Origin: an uncultured virus (IMG/VR IMGVR_UViG_3300025000_000001)
Taxonomy: Duplodnaviria > Heunggongvirae > Uroviricota > Caudoviricetes
Strand: one strand, 5' to 3'
IMG/VR virus record: IMGVR_UViG_3300025000_000001
DNA length: 64,000 nucleotides
In this document: piece by piece, positions 1 to 8,716 of the stretch
How the letters are laid out: each line of letters starts with the position of its first letter
How positions within the stretch are numbered: the first letter of the stretch is position 1
The notes under the pieces: model-generated
Databases searched by the model: none
What the model was told of the DNA's origin: nothing
The model's input: only the letters and a program-made list of their open reading frames with translations
Translations under genes and position numbers: made by a program

Positions 1-730
1 TTCCCCTGCAACCCATTTCCCAGGCTTTAATAAATGCTTTCTTTACTGTTTCTCTTTGAGTGTGGTTTGGGAAATTGATCGTTTTGGAAACGCCAGAATC
101 AACAAATTTTTGAGATGAAGCCTGAGTTTTTACATGCTCTTCCCAGGAAACTTCCCTTGCTCCATTGGCGGAAACGGCACATCTAAAATATTCTTTGGAG
201 GCCAAGTCATTTTCGAATTGATAGCTTCCGGTTTTATCATTGCGAACCGTGATCTCACTAAATACGGGTTCAATTCCGCTGTTGCATCCGGCGATCAGGC
301 TGATGGTTCCCGTAGGAGCAATCGAAAGCAGAGTAATGTTTCTTCTTGGGACTGGAAGATTATTGCACCATTCGGGAACCCCAAACTCTTGCCCCATCTT
401 TATGGATTCATCTTCTGCGATTTCATACATGAATTCTAAAACTTGTTCTAGTTTCGCTAAAGCTCGATCTGAGCCATAAGATATTTGCTTTCGAAGATAG
501 TAGTCTGCAAGACCCATGATACCAAGACCAATTTGACGAGATTTCTTGGACACTTCCTCAATGCCCAGAGTTGGAAATACGTTTTTATCAATTACTGCAT
601 CTAAAAATCTAACTCCTAACCTTACAGATTTTTCAAACAGTTTCCATTGAAACTTATTTTCATCGTCTAAAAATTTTGAAATATCAATTGAACCTAAGTT
701 GCAGGAACCATTCGGCGGTAGAGGTTGTTC
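1..730 (-). CDS. nrdJ: Class II (B12-dependent) ribonucleotide reductase, exon 2 (runs off the window start)
   Basis: Minus-strand translation from 730 gives EQPLPPNGSCNLGSID...IGLGIMGLAD...IAPTGTISLIAG..SGIEP. It joins exon 1 NPCG to rebuild the catalytic NPCGEQPL motif. Not in the ORF track. Confidence 0.93.
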
Positions 731-957
731 CAATTTTGTTATCTTGAGAGTTTTTTATCTCTCAATTCTTTATGTCGCCATAAAGTTCGGCATATGTTTT
801 AAGGCTTTCGCCTTTCGGATACTCTTGGAGGGATTATATTTATTCACCCTCTATGCTCTAGCATGACTGCCCACCTTGCGAAATTGGACAGTTTATGTCG
901 GCGTTATCCTCTAGGGATTTTCACCGATATTACCCGATTTTAATGCGGCAAACTTTT
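731..957 (-). ncRNA. Group I self-splicing intron in nrdJ (227 nt, no homing endonuclease ORF)
   Basis: Interrupts NPCG|EQPL. The 5' exon ends in U (GGU) and the intron ends in G. P1 pairs GCGGU with GCCGC including a U-G wobble at the splice site. P3-like UCGGGUA/UAUCCGA and P7-like GCAUA/UAUGC pairings are present. Confidence 0.92.
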
Positions 958-1758
958 ACCGCATGGATTGCTTGCTTCAATTTTTACACCAGCATAACGG
1001 TATGGGGTATTGTTGTTTATGCTATCAAAAAAAATCAGGCCAGGTTCTCCGTTTTTCCAAGCGCCTTCAATAATCATATTAAAAATATCATCTGCATTAT
1101 ACTCATCATAATAAACTCTTCCAGATTCAAAATCAAAGTAAGTTTTATATGTTTCCTTGTTTACAACCTTTCTCATAAACTCATCATCTACAACAACCGA
1201 GATATTTGTGGTTGTCATCTTTCCTTCTTCTTCTTTTGCTGTTATGAATTTAATGATGTCTGGATGATAGACAGACATTGTTCCCATCATTGCCATTTCT
1301 CGAAAACCAGATTGGGTCATGGCTTTCATATCGTGACAAATTGTATCGAAAAATTTGATAGGCCCACCGGCGTATCCGTGAGCCGAACCTTCCACTTGAG
1401 AATTTTCTGGCCTAATGTGAGATAGGGTAGTTCCGCAACCGCCACCCTTCTTAGCAATTAGTGCAAAATCCAACTTGGTTTTATAAATTTCTTGAATGGT
1501 ATCTTCAAAGCCAACAACAAAGCAAGCTAAAAGACCTCCATTTTTTCTACCGGAATTTACTAGGCAAGGTGAATTGGGAATGAAATATCTGTTGAGCATC
1601 ATTTCCCTGGTAAGTTCTTTATCTTCGGTGTTTTCCTCAAGAACATAATCTATTACTCTATTCGTAACGTCATTCCAGGTGGTTTCCCCTGGAGAAAAAT
1701 AACGCTTCTTTAGGATATTCATTGCAACATCAGAAATTGGTTTCTTTTCTACAAACAC
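958..1758 (-). CDS. nrdJ: Class II ribonucleotide reductase, exon 1
   Basis: Motifs ILKKRY, FIPNSPCLVN, LACFV, GGGCG, HPDI, NISV, AWKNGEPG and SNPCG. Confidence 0.93.
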
Positions 1759-2106
1759 TTATTCCTCCTTATCTACCATTAACATTTTTACAATTTCTAC
1801 CAAATCAAATAGTTGCCAATAAACATCACTAAGATTATTGTCAACGTCTCTACCTTCTTGAATAGCGTTCTTTAAATATGCCAAAAAATCTAGCCCCTCC
1901 TCAAGAGCGTCTTTCAAACTATCTCTACCATTAAAAGGCTGTAAAGGAATCTTATATCTTTCAATACCGATCTTGTCTCTGCGTTTCATTTCTTCAATAA
2001 TATCTTCTGTGAAAAAATGTTCGGGACGACTTCTGTAATCTTCAATAACCAAATCCCAAGTTGGAACACTATTATTGGCAACTGGTTCAGGTTGAAATTC
2101 TTCCAT
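1759..2106 (-). CDS. Conserved phage protein (PLQPFNGRD..DALEE.LD motif), possibly an all-alpha nucleotide pyrophosphatase-like fold
   Basis: ORF abuts its neighbours; acidic helical motif; nucleotide-metabolism context. Confidence 0.45.
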   Translation of the reverse strand: MEEFQPEPVANNSVPTWDLVIEDYRSRPEHFFTEDIIEEMKRRDKIGIERYKIPLQPFNGRDSLKDALEEGLDFLAYLKNAIQEGRDVDNNLSDVYWQLFDLVEIVKMLMVDKEE

Positions 2107-3093
2107 TTATTCCATCTCCTTTTTCTCTAATCGAAATGATCCATCGATTGATTCTAAGAACGAACGTTCTTCGATTTCTTTATAACTCCAAGCTCCTAAA
2201 ATTGTACAAGCCGATCTGATACCCCAGATATATTCATCCAAAATATCCTTTAGAGGTCTACGATCACCTTCCAAAATTGTTTCATACCCTTCAATAGATT
2301 TTACTTCTTTGCCTGTTTCGAGATGATTTCTCAAGCTCGCCATTCCGAACAGAGTTCCATCGTTGTCTGCTTCTAAAGAGTTTGCAATTGGACTTCCCAA
2401 CATAACGAAATCAGCACCAGCAGAAAATGCCTTTACAACATATCCCGGTTCAGTCAAACCACCATCACAAATCAGACCAGGAATGTCATAGCAATCATTG
2501 AGGGCAACCAGCGTATTTCTTCCAATTCCGCTAACTTTTCGAGTGGAACAATTTGATCCATTCCCAATTCCTAAGCGAATAAAATCATACCATTCTGACA
2601 AAAATTCAGAACCATCTCTAGTAATGACATTGCCAGCCATCAACTTTACTTCTGGAAATTCTTGCCGCAAGATAGAGCCTACGGTTTCCAAAACGCTCAA
2701 ATAGCCTGGAGCAATGTCACAACACAAAACGTCAGCGCCATGTTCTACCGCAAATTTTGCAATCTCATATTCTTCGTTGACAAAATTGTTTGCACCAATT
2801 GCTACGCCAAACCTAACCCCAGATTGTTGAACTTCCCAAATAGATTCTTTTCGATTTTCTAAAGTATCAAAACGATGAAGAATACCAAAGCATTTATTCT
2901 TTCCCATTTCGATTACTAATTCAGGACACGATACGCCTTTCATTGGAGATGAAAAAATTGGGTATAACCCCAGAAAATCACTCTCCAAAGAAACCTCTGT
3001 TCTACTAGAAAGATCAGACTTTCCAAATCGTGGAACTACATGAAAATGATCATAATCATTTTTATACACCGATATTCTCCTTTGCCAACTCAA
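2107..3093 (-). CDS. IMP dehydrogenase / GMP reductase family protein (no CBS domains)
   Basis: Motifs SSPM, GILHRF, MAGNV, catalytic loop GIGNGSNCSTR, ICDGG, GADFVMLGS, FGMAS and GIRSACT. Confidence 0.9.
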   Translation of the reverse strand: MSWQRRISVYKNDYDHFHVVPRFGKSDLSSRTEVSLESDFLGLYPIFSSPMKGVSCPELVIEMGKNKCFGILHRFDTLENRKESIWEVQQSGVRFGVAIGANNFVNEEYEIAKFAVEHGADVLCCDIAPGYLSVLETVGSILRQEFPEVKLMAGNVITRDGSEFLSEWYDFIRLGIGNGSNCSTRKVSGIGRNTLVALNDCYDIPGLICDGGLTEPGYVVKAFSAGADFVMLGSPIANSLEADNDGTLFGMASLRNHLETGKEVKSIEGYETILEGDRRPLKDILDEYIWGIRSACTILGAWSYKEIEERSFLESIDGSFRLEKKEME

Positions 3094-3733
3094 AAATTTC
3101 AGAATCTAATTCAATTCCAGTATAATCCATTTCATTCATTTTACACCACTTTCCAAGAGAACCAACTCCCATAAATGGGTCAAGAATTTTATCAGCTTTT
3201 CTCACAAACGGAGTGATAATTCTATCATAGAGTTTTAATGGCTTTTGCCAGCGAGCCAAGTGGCCGTCTGATTTTTTTACTCGCTCATTGCTGCTGGTTG
3301 TTAGTACAACATCGTCAATCCAGGCCGTTGCCGTTTTTGTCATTCTGCCAGATGGATTTAATTTAGTGTTTGCAGTTGCTTTTGGAACCTGAATTTTATC
3401 AGAAAAGAAATTCCAATTTGTTCCATTACAATAGATCAAGATGTCGTCATAGCATTGATGAAATCTATTTCGTGGATGATTGCCCCACTCACATTTTTGA
3501 ACGAGATGATTTACTACAGTAAGTCCCAGCATCTTGATAAAACTATCTATCTCTGAAACAGTATGCCAATCGGTTTGAACGATGAATATTCCGTTTTCTT
3601 TTAGAAATGTTTTGTACTTAAAAGCCCATGAAAAATCAGTATTTTCATAAATCATATCACAATAGATCAGATCATGTTCTTCATCGGTTTGAAAAAGTAA
3701 ATTATCAATATTTAGAAGTTTCATTTCATCCAA
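3062..3733 (-). CDS. DNA N4-C/N6-A methyltransferase (beta class)
   Basis: N-terminal DLIYCDMIY (motif IV variant); C-terminal QKP and ILDPFMGVGS SAM-binding motif. Confidence 0.85.
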   Translation of the reverse strand: MDEMKLLNIDNLLFQTDEEHDLIYCDMIYENTDFSWAFKYKTFLKENGIFIVQTDWHTVSEIDSFIKMLGLTVVNHLVQKCEWGNHPRNRFHQCYDDILIYCNGTNWNFFSDKIQVPKATANTKLNPSGRMTKTATAWIDDVVLTTSSNERVKKSDGHLARWQKPLKLYDRIITPFVRKADKILDPFMGVGSLGKWCKMNEMDYTGIELDSEIFELAKENIGV

Positions 3734-4245
3734 TTTTCATATTATCAAAATCTGCTAAAGTTTTACTTCTCTTGGTAAAAGTTTGCATCTCTGCTAATTT
3801 CACATAACGTAAGTTCTTTTTCCATAATCTGCCAAGATACAATTTCAAAAACCCTTTAAAGATGTGTCTGGAAAAATCTTTTGCCAGATTTGGTTCATCA
3901 ACCAAAGTCAAAGATTCTTTGCTAAAACCAGCAACATATTTAGCAGATTCTTTATCTTGTAAAATCAATTTGTCTTTCTTCATTTGAAAAATTCCTCATC
4001 AATCTCAGGCCAAAACTGCGTCTTATGACCGCAATCAGGACACACAATGTCCATTAAATAAATAAACTTGTGGTGATATTCGTCATATAATTCACTTTGG
4101 TTCCACTCTATCCATTCGGAATAAACTTTACATGGATATTTTTTTGGTTCTCCATAATGATTATGGTGTTGACACATTTCTTCATCTAGTTTATTCTTAT
4201 AACCTTCAAAATCTTCTAAACTTAATAAGAGCAAAATTTACCTCC

Positions 4246-4761
4246 TTAAAACGGCAAAAAATATTCATCAATTCCTCTGTTGAAAACAGAAATATCAAAA
4301 AGATAATCTTCCCCATCTCCATATGCGTCCAAAACAAGAAATTCGCTGTTTTCCAAATCATTCAATCTAGCCCAATAAATATCGTACTCCATCGGAAGGT
4401 TGTCGCCAACAACAAAGACGATTCTGCATTCAACCTCTTCGTCTCTTTGGAGCCTGTAATAGCTATCGAACTGATATTTCTTAACTGTCAAATATTTTCC
4501 CTTCAACTTGTATTTTGTGTATAGGGATGATAAACTTTTTACTTCAACTCGCATCAAAAACATTGTTCTGGACGAATCATGGTAAACTTCTAAGTCTGGA
4601 CAGATATATGATTGGTCTTGAATTGAAATTATTTGTGCCAATTCGTTTCCGTTTTCATCATATAGCGAATATCGATCAACATAATACTCTTCTAACTTTA
4701 GAAGGGCGGAAACTAAATCCTCAGCAATCCTTCCCTTTTTTAATTTCTTTTGATCAACCAT
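4246..4761 (-). CDS. PD-(D/E)XK restriction-endonuclease-like protein (paralog 1)
   Basis: G..AE helix, CPDLEV, RVEVKS. Confidence 0.7.
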   Translation of the reverse strand: MVDQKKLKKGRIAEDLVSALLKLEEYYVDRYSLYDENGNELAQIISIQDQSYICPDLEVYHDSSRTMFLMRVEVKSLSSLYTKYKLKGKYLTVKKYQFDSYYRLQRDEEVECRIVFVVGDNLPMEYDIYWARLNDLENSEFLVLDAYGDGEDYLFDISVFNRGIDEYFLPF

Positions 4762-5214
4762 AGATGTTTTTTATCAGTTTTTTTCTAAATTCTGATCGAG
4801 TATTTTCAACAAAATTCTCACTACCGTTGTCTCTTTCCCACTCCTCAATTTTTGAGAAAAGGGTTTCGTAACAGAGAAGAAGCCTTTCTAGGCGAGATTC
4901 AAACCTTATACCATTGCCAATTTCTGTGTTTCCTGTAATGTAATCCCTATTGTCTTGAATGAATTTTACCAAAACTGGAAAGAGATTTTTGATATGTCGG
5001 CCTTGTTTCGGAGTATATTTTTGTGCGCTCATTCCAAACAAAAAATGAAAGTTACACAAATCGGATAACTCTACCAATTTTCCAATTGAGGCCATTGCTA
5101 ATTCTTCTTTCATTGCCGATTCCTCCATGTTAAATAAATTCTCCTTTCTGCAATAATAATACCACAGAAAGGAGAAATTGTCAAGGGATAGTTATCCCAC
5201 ATTTATCCCACTTT

Positions 5215-5585
5215 TTAGAAGGGAATATCCCACACAGTATTATCAGGAGGCTGAACGTTTGAAACTTCTGGTTGAATTTCCTTCTGCTTGGGAATATGCT
5301 TTTCTACCCCGTAGACGATCAACTCCTGCCGCCAACCGTTTGTACCATCTTGTTTCTTATACTTATTGCGTTTCATCTTTCCAGAGATGGATAAAAAGTC
5401 TCTTTCCTGATAACTCATAAACTTAGTGATGTTAGCAGCGCCGAACACCGTTGCGAACCAGTCGCTGTATTCCCGTTCACCATCCTGATTCAATTCGCTG
5501 GTTGATAACTTTACAACCAGGCAATTTTCTTTCTGCTCAAAGATAGACCAGAAGGTGCGTACTGATCTTTGAATTTGATAGCCAT
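5215..5585 (-). pseudogene. ssb: Single-stranded DNA-binding protein paralog with a 1-nt frameshift near 5556
   Basis: AAGGAG RBS and ATG at 5585 (MAIKFKDQYA). The SSB-like sequence TFWSIFEQKENCLVVKLSTS...SDWFATVFG...DIPF continues in the -1 frame and aligns with 14582-15025. Confidence 0.75.
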
Positions 5586-6444
5586 TATTTTCTCCTTACA
5601 AAATTAATTGTTTTTATTGTCCAATTCTGCAATAGTTATTGCAAATGCAAGATTAATTGCAAAGCCATCGTTATTTTACGATAAAGCCCCATTCTCCCAA
5701 TCCCATTGCACAGAAAGATTTTTAGTGTTATACTCGTTGCCATCATCGTCATAAAAGGTCAATCCAGTAAAACTATTTTCTGCTAGGTTTATAACTTTAT
5801 TGACTTCTAAAAGGTCTGTAACTTCTACATCAAAATCAAAAGAACAGAATACTTTGATTTTCATTTTACAAGCCTTTTCAAAATACTAATCGGTGCAGTC
5901 TGCATTCCATATTGGTACATAACTGCGCCATATTCATCTACCCAATAGAAATAGACAATGTTCTCGTTTGAACTAAAGAGCAGAATTGGCAACTTAGAAA
6001 CAATCGATTCTAAATTTAATACTTCATCAGTTTTCAAATAGTCTTTTACTTCTTCAACAATTTCTTTTGCTTCCATAATTGCCCTAATGTTCATTTCCCT
6101 GTTTTTAGATCGAGACAAGATGTTATCTATTTTTTTGGAATAGTCTTCTTTTTCAGGATGGTTATTTCTAACTAGAGCCGCTTTTACTTCCAGAAGACAT
6201 TCCGAATTATATTTTCGTCTAAGTGTATCAATTTTTATTGAAGTCATAAAACCTTTCTTTGATTATTCAAATCTGTTGAAAAGGGTTTCGTGGTTCCAAA
6301 CATACTTTCCGACATTATCTTCATGAAAGTAAATCTGAAGTTCAACGCTATCTTCTGGATGAGCGTTTTCATAGTCCAAAAGCAATTGTGACAGCTTTGC
6401 TAAAAGCCTCATTTTATCGGGTGAATTTGTCATTTTTACTCCTT

Positions 6445-6861
6445 TTATTGCAGTAATTTAGAGATTTCTGCAAGTTCTAGTTCGATTTTCTTATCGCTGG
6501 ATAAGCGAGATTCTAACTTTTCTTCCAGTAGGCGCAGCTTATCTTGCTCTGCTTTTCGGTTAACAATCGCCATCCGAGAAGTCAAATCCTGCATCCAGTC
6601 AGCCAAAGAGAAACCAGAAATTTGAAATTCGTTCTGTAGGTTTAACTTTGCAGCAGACATCAGTAAAGAATTTAACTTTACCATAAGATAAACAATCTGT
6701 TCTTTTGAAATAACGTTTAAGTTATAGCGTTGTCCATCCAATTCCAGCGAGCAATTTGTTACAGGCGTGAAGCGTTCAGTCGCCTTCAATAGAGCTTTCT
6801 TTTCGTCAATCTTAGACTTCAACTGTAAAATTACATCATCATTTGAAATTTTTTCAGACAT
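6445..6861 (-). CDS. Conserved phage coiled-coil protein
   Basis: 138-aa ORF with RBS, directly downstream of 6876-7973. Confidence 0.6.
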   Translation of the reverse strand: MSEKISNDDVILQLKSKIDEKKALLKATERFTPVTNCSLELDGQRYNLNVISKEQIVYLMVKLNSLLMSAAKLNLQNEFQISGFSLADWMQDLTSRMAIVNRKAEQDKLRLLEEKLESRLSSDKKIELELAEISKLLQ

Positions 6862-6875
6862 TTTATTTTCCTTTA

Positions 6876-7973
6876 TTATGCCGATTTTCCGTTTGCTAAG
6901 TATTTTTTGGTTACACGAACAAATTTATATTTGGACATCAAATCACCTAGTGTTGTCCAACTGGTTGTCCAACCGCTTGTATATTGGCTGGGCAGTCGAT
7001 TACTTACTCCATAATAATTTTCTACGGGATACATTTTGCAACTGGTAAATTCTCTAAGAGTCTTGGAGCTGTAATCCCTTGTGTTGACTTCGATTTCACA
7101 ATCATACAAAGTTCCGTCTAATGCAACAATGGCCTGAAGTTTGTTGTTCCAGTAATTATAATAATCCCCATTGTGCTTGATCAATTCTTCTGCTGTTAAA
7201 ACCTCATATTCATACTTGCTCGGATCGAGAGGAGAATAAAAGGTTTGATGTTCTAGGGCTTCCATGATTTCGGGATATTCGGAATGAGGTTTGCTATCAA
7301 CAAATTCAATCATTGAGGATAAAGAAGAATAGTGTTTCCACTCGGTAACTTTGCCATTTTCAAACTTTGCGAAGCAAAAACGTTTTACAATCTTCTTGTC
7401 TTCTCGCCAAGAATAGTAATCATAGTAATCAAAATATCCCAAATAAATCAAATTCTCATCATTCTTGTTTTTATAGGTAGCACCTAAGACGATATTTTTC
7501 TTGTTGATTTTATCAGGATTATTTCTCTTATCAGAATACTCAGTCAGTCTAACATAATCTGGCGAAGATGTTGGAATTAGAAGTAAATCGCCACCATCCC
7601 AACCATATACAAATTCGCCCTCTAATCCCTTGCCTTTAATAGAACTTGTATTTTCAAGAATATATAAAAGGTTCTCGATTGTAATTTCAAATTCAAACCC
7701 TCTTGGGTCATAAACTCTTGAATAGGCTTGACGATGATTCCCCCAATCACCAGAGTAATCACCCACCTTTTTGTTTAGAACGAATCCTTCTGTTGGCAGA
7801 TTCTCATATTCATCAGCCTCAATGCTATCATTTCGCCAGTTGTTCCAACTGGGTTCTTTTCGAATTTTACCCTTTTCGTCATAGTAGATTACATAAGCCA
7901 GTTTTCCGGTATAAGTATCTTTTCGTTCCTGGTAGCCAATTCTAATCTTTTTTGGAATAAAAATTTTATTCAT
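6876..7973 (-). CDS. Conserved large-phage hypothetical protein
   Basis: Long ORF with N-terminal motif IPKKI.IGYQER.DTYTGKLAYVIYYD, which I recall from large phages. Confidence 0.65.
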   Translation of the reverse strand: MNKIFIPKKIRIGYQERKDTYTGKLAYVIYYDEKGKIRKEPSWNNWRNDSIEADEYENLPTEGFVLNKKVGDYSGDWGNHRQAYSRVYDPRGFEFEITIENLLYILENTSSIKGKGLEGEFVYGWDGGDLLLIPTSSPDYVRLTEYSDKRNNPDKINKKNIVLGATYKNKNDENLIYLGYFDYYDYYSWREDKKIVKRFCFAKFENGKVTEWKHYSSLSSMIEFVDSKPHSEYPEIMEALEHQTFYSPLDPSKYEYEVLTAEELIKHNGDYYNYWNNKLQAIVALDGTLYDCEIEVNTRDYSSKTLREFTSCKMYPVENYYGVSNRLPSQYTSGWTTSWTTLGDLMSKYKFVRVTKKYLANGKSA

Positions 7974-8245
7974 TAAATTTCCTTTTCGCATTCCAGATCA
8001 TTTTTACATCCTGGACAAGTCACTTTCCAAATCCTAATCGTTTCCTCGGTAATTTCGAAATTCTCATCGCGTTTATTGCGCGTCCAAGTAATTGGTAAAA
8101 CTTTATCGCCGTCTTCTAAGATCACCCTAGTCCCACAAACATCGCAGGTTCCTTCAGCCCCTTCAAAATCACAACAATATTGTATCTTTATTTTCTCTCT
8201 CCTTTCTAGTTGATAGAAAGAGTATATCATAAAAGTGATATTTTG

Positions 8246-8716
8246 TCAACCCCCAAAACGTTCCTTTACAGCAATATTACAAAGATCATCCACCCTATCG
8301 TTGCCAGCATTATTAGAGTGGCCTTTAACTTGAATAAATTCAATGTTCTCAAACCGTTTGATTTCACGTAATAACTCCATCCACAAGTTTTTATTTTCTA
8401 CTTTCTTTTTCTGAGCATTGATCCAGTTGTTTTTAATCCAATTTTTAGACCATTCGTTTATTCCTTTTACTAGATATTGGGAGTCTGAATAAACAGTAAA
8501 GCTGAAACCTTTTGGGTTGTTGATTCTTTGAAGTGCTTTTAAACAAGAAAGTAGTTCCATGACGTTATTAGTTGTGTTTTCTGCTATTCCAGAATCTTCT
8601 ACGATGTATCCGAAATATTCTATATGATAAGCCCAAGCTCCAACGTTTTCTTCGTTTTGGTTGCCTTTACAGCAACCATCACAGTAAATTAAAACTGGTT
8701 TTTGTTTTGATTTCAT
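8246..8716 (-). CDS. rnhA: Ribonuclease HI
   Basis: Motifs IYCDG, TTNNVMEL, YSDSQY, VENKNLW, VKGHS and GNDRVDDL. Confidence 0.95.
   Translation of the reverse strand: MKSKQKPVLIYCDGCCKGNQNEENVGAWAYHIEYFGYIVEDSGIAENTTNNVMELLSCLKALQRINNPKGFSFTVYSDSQYLVKGINEWSKNWIKNNWINAQKKKVENKNLWMELLREIKRFENIEFIQVKGHSNNAGNDRVDDLCNIAVKERFGG

Noticed and set aside
940..957. nrdJ apparently truncated at ...NPCGKSLPH-stop (pseudogene)
   Set aside because: These codons are intron sequence; the gene continues in exon 2 from 730
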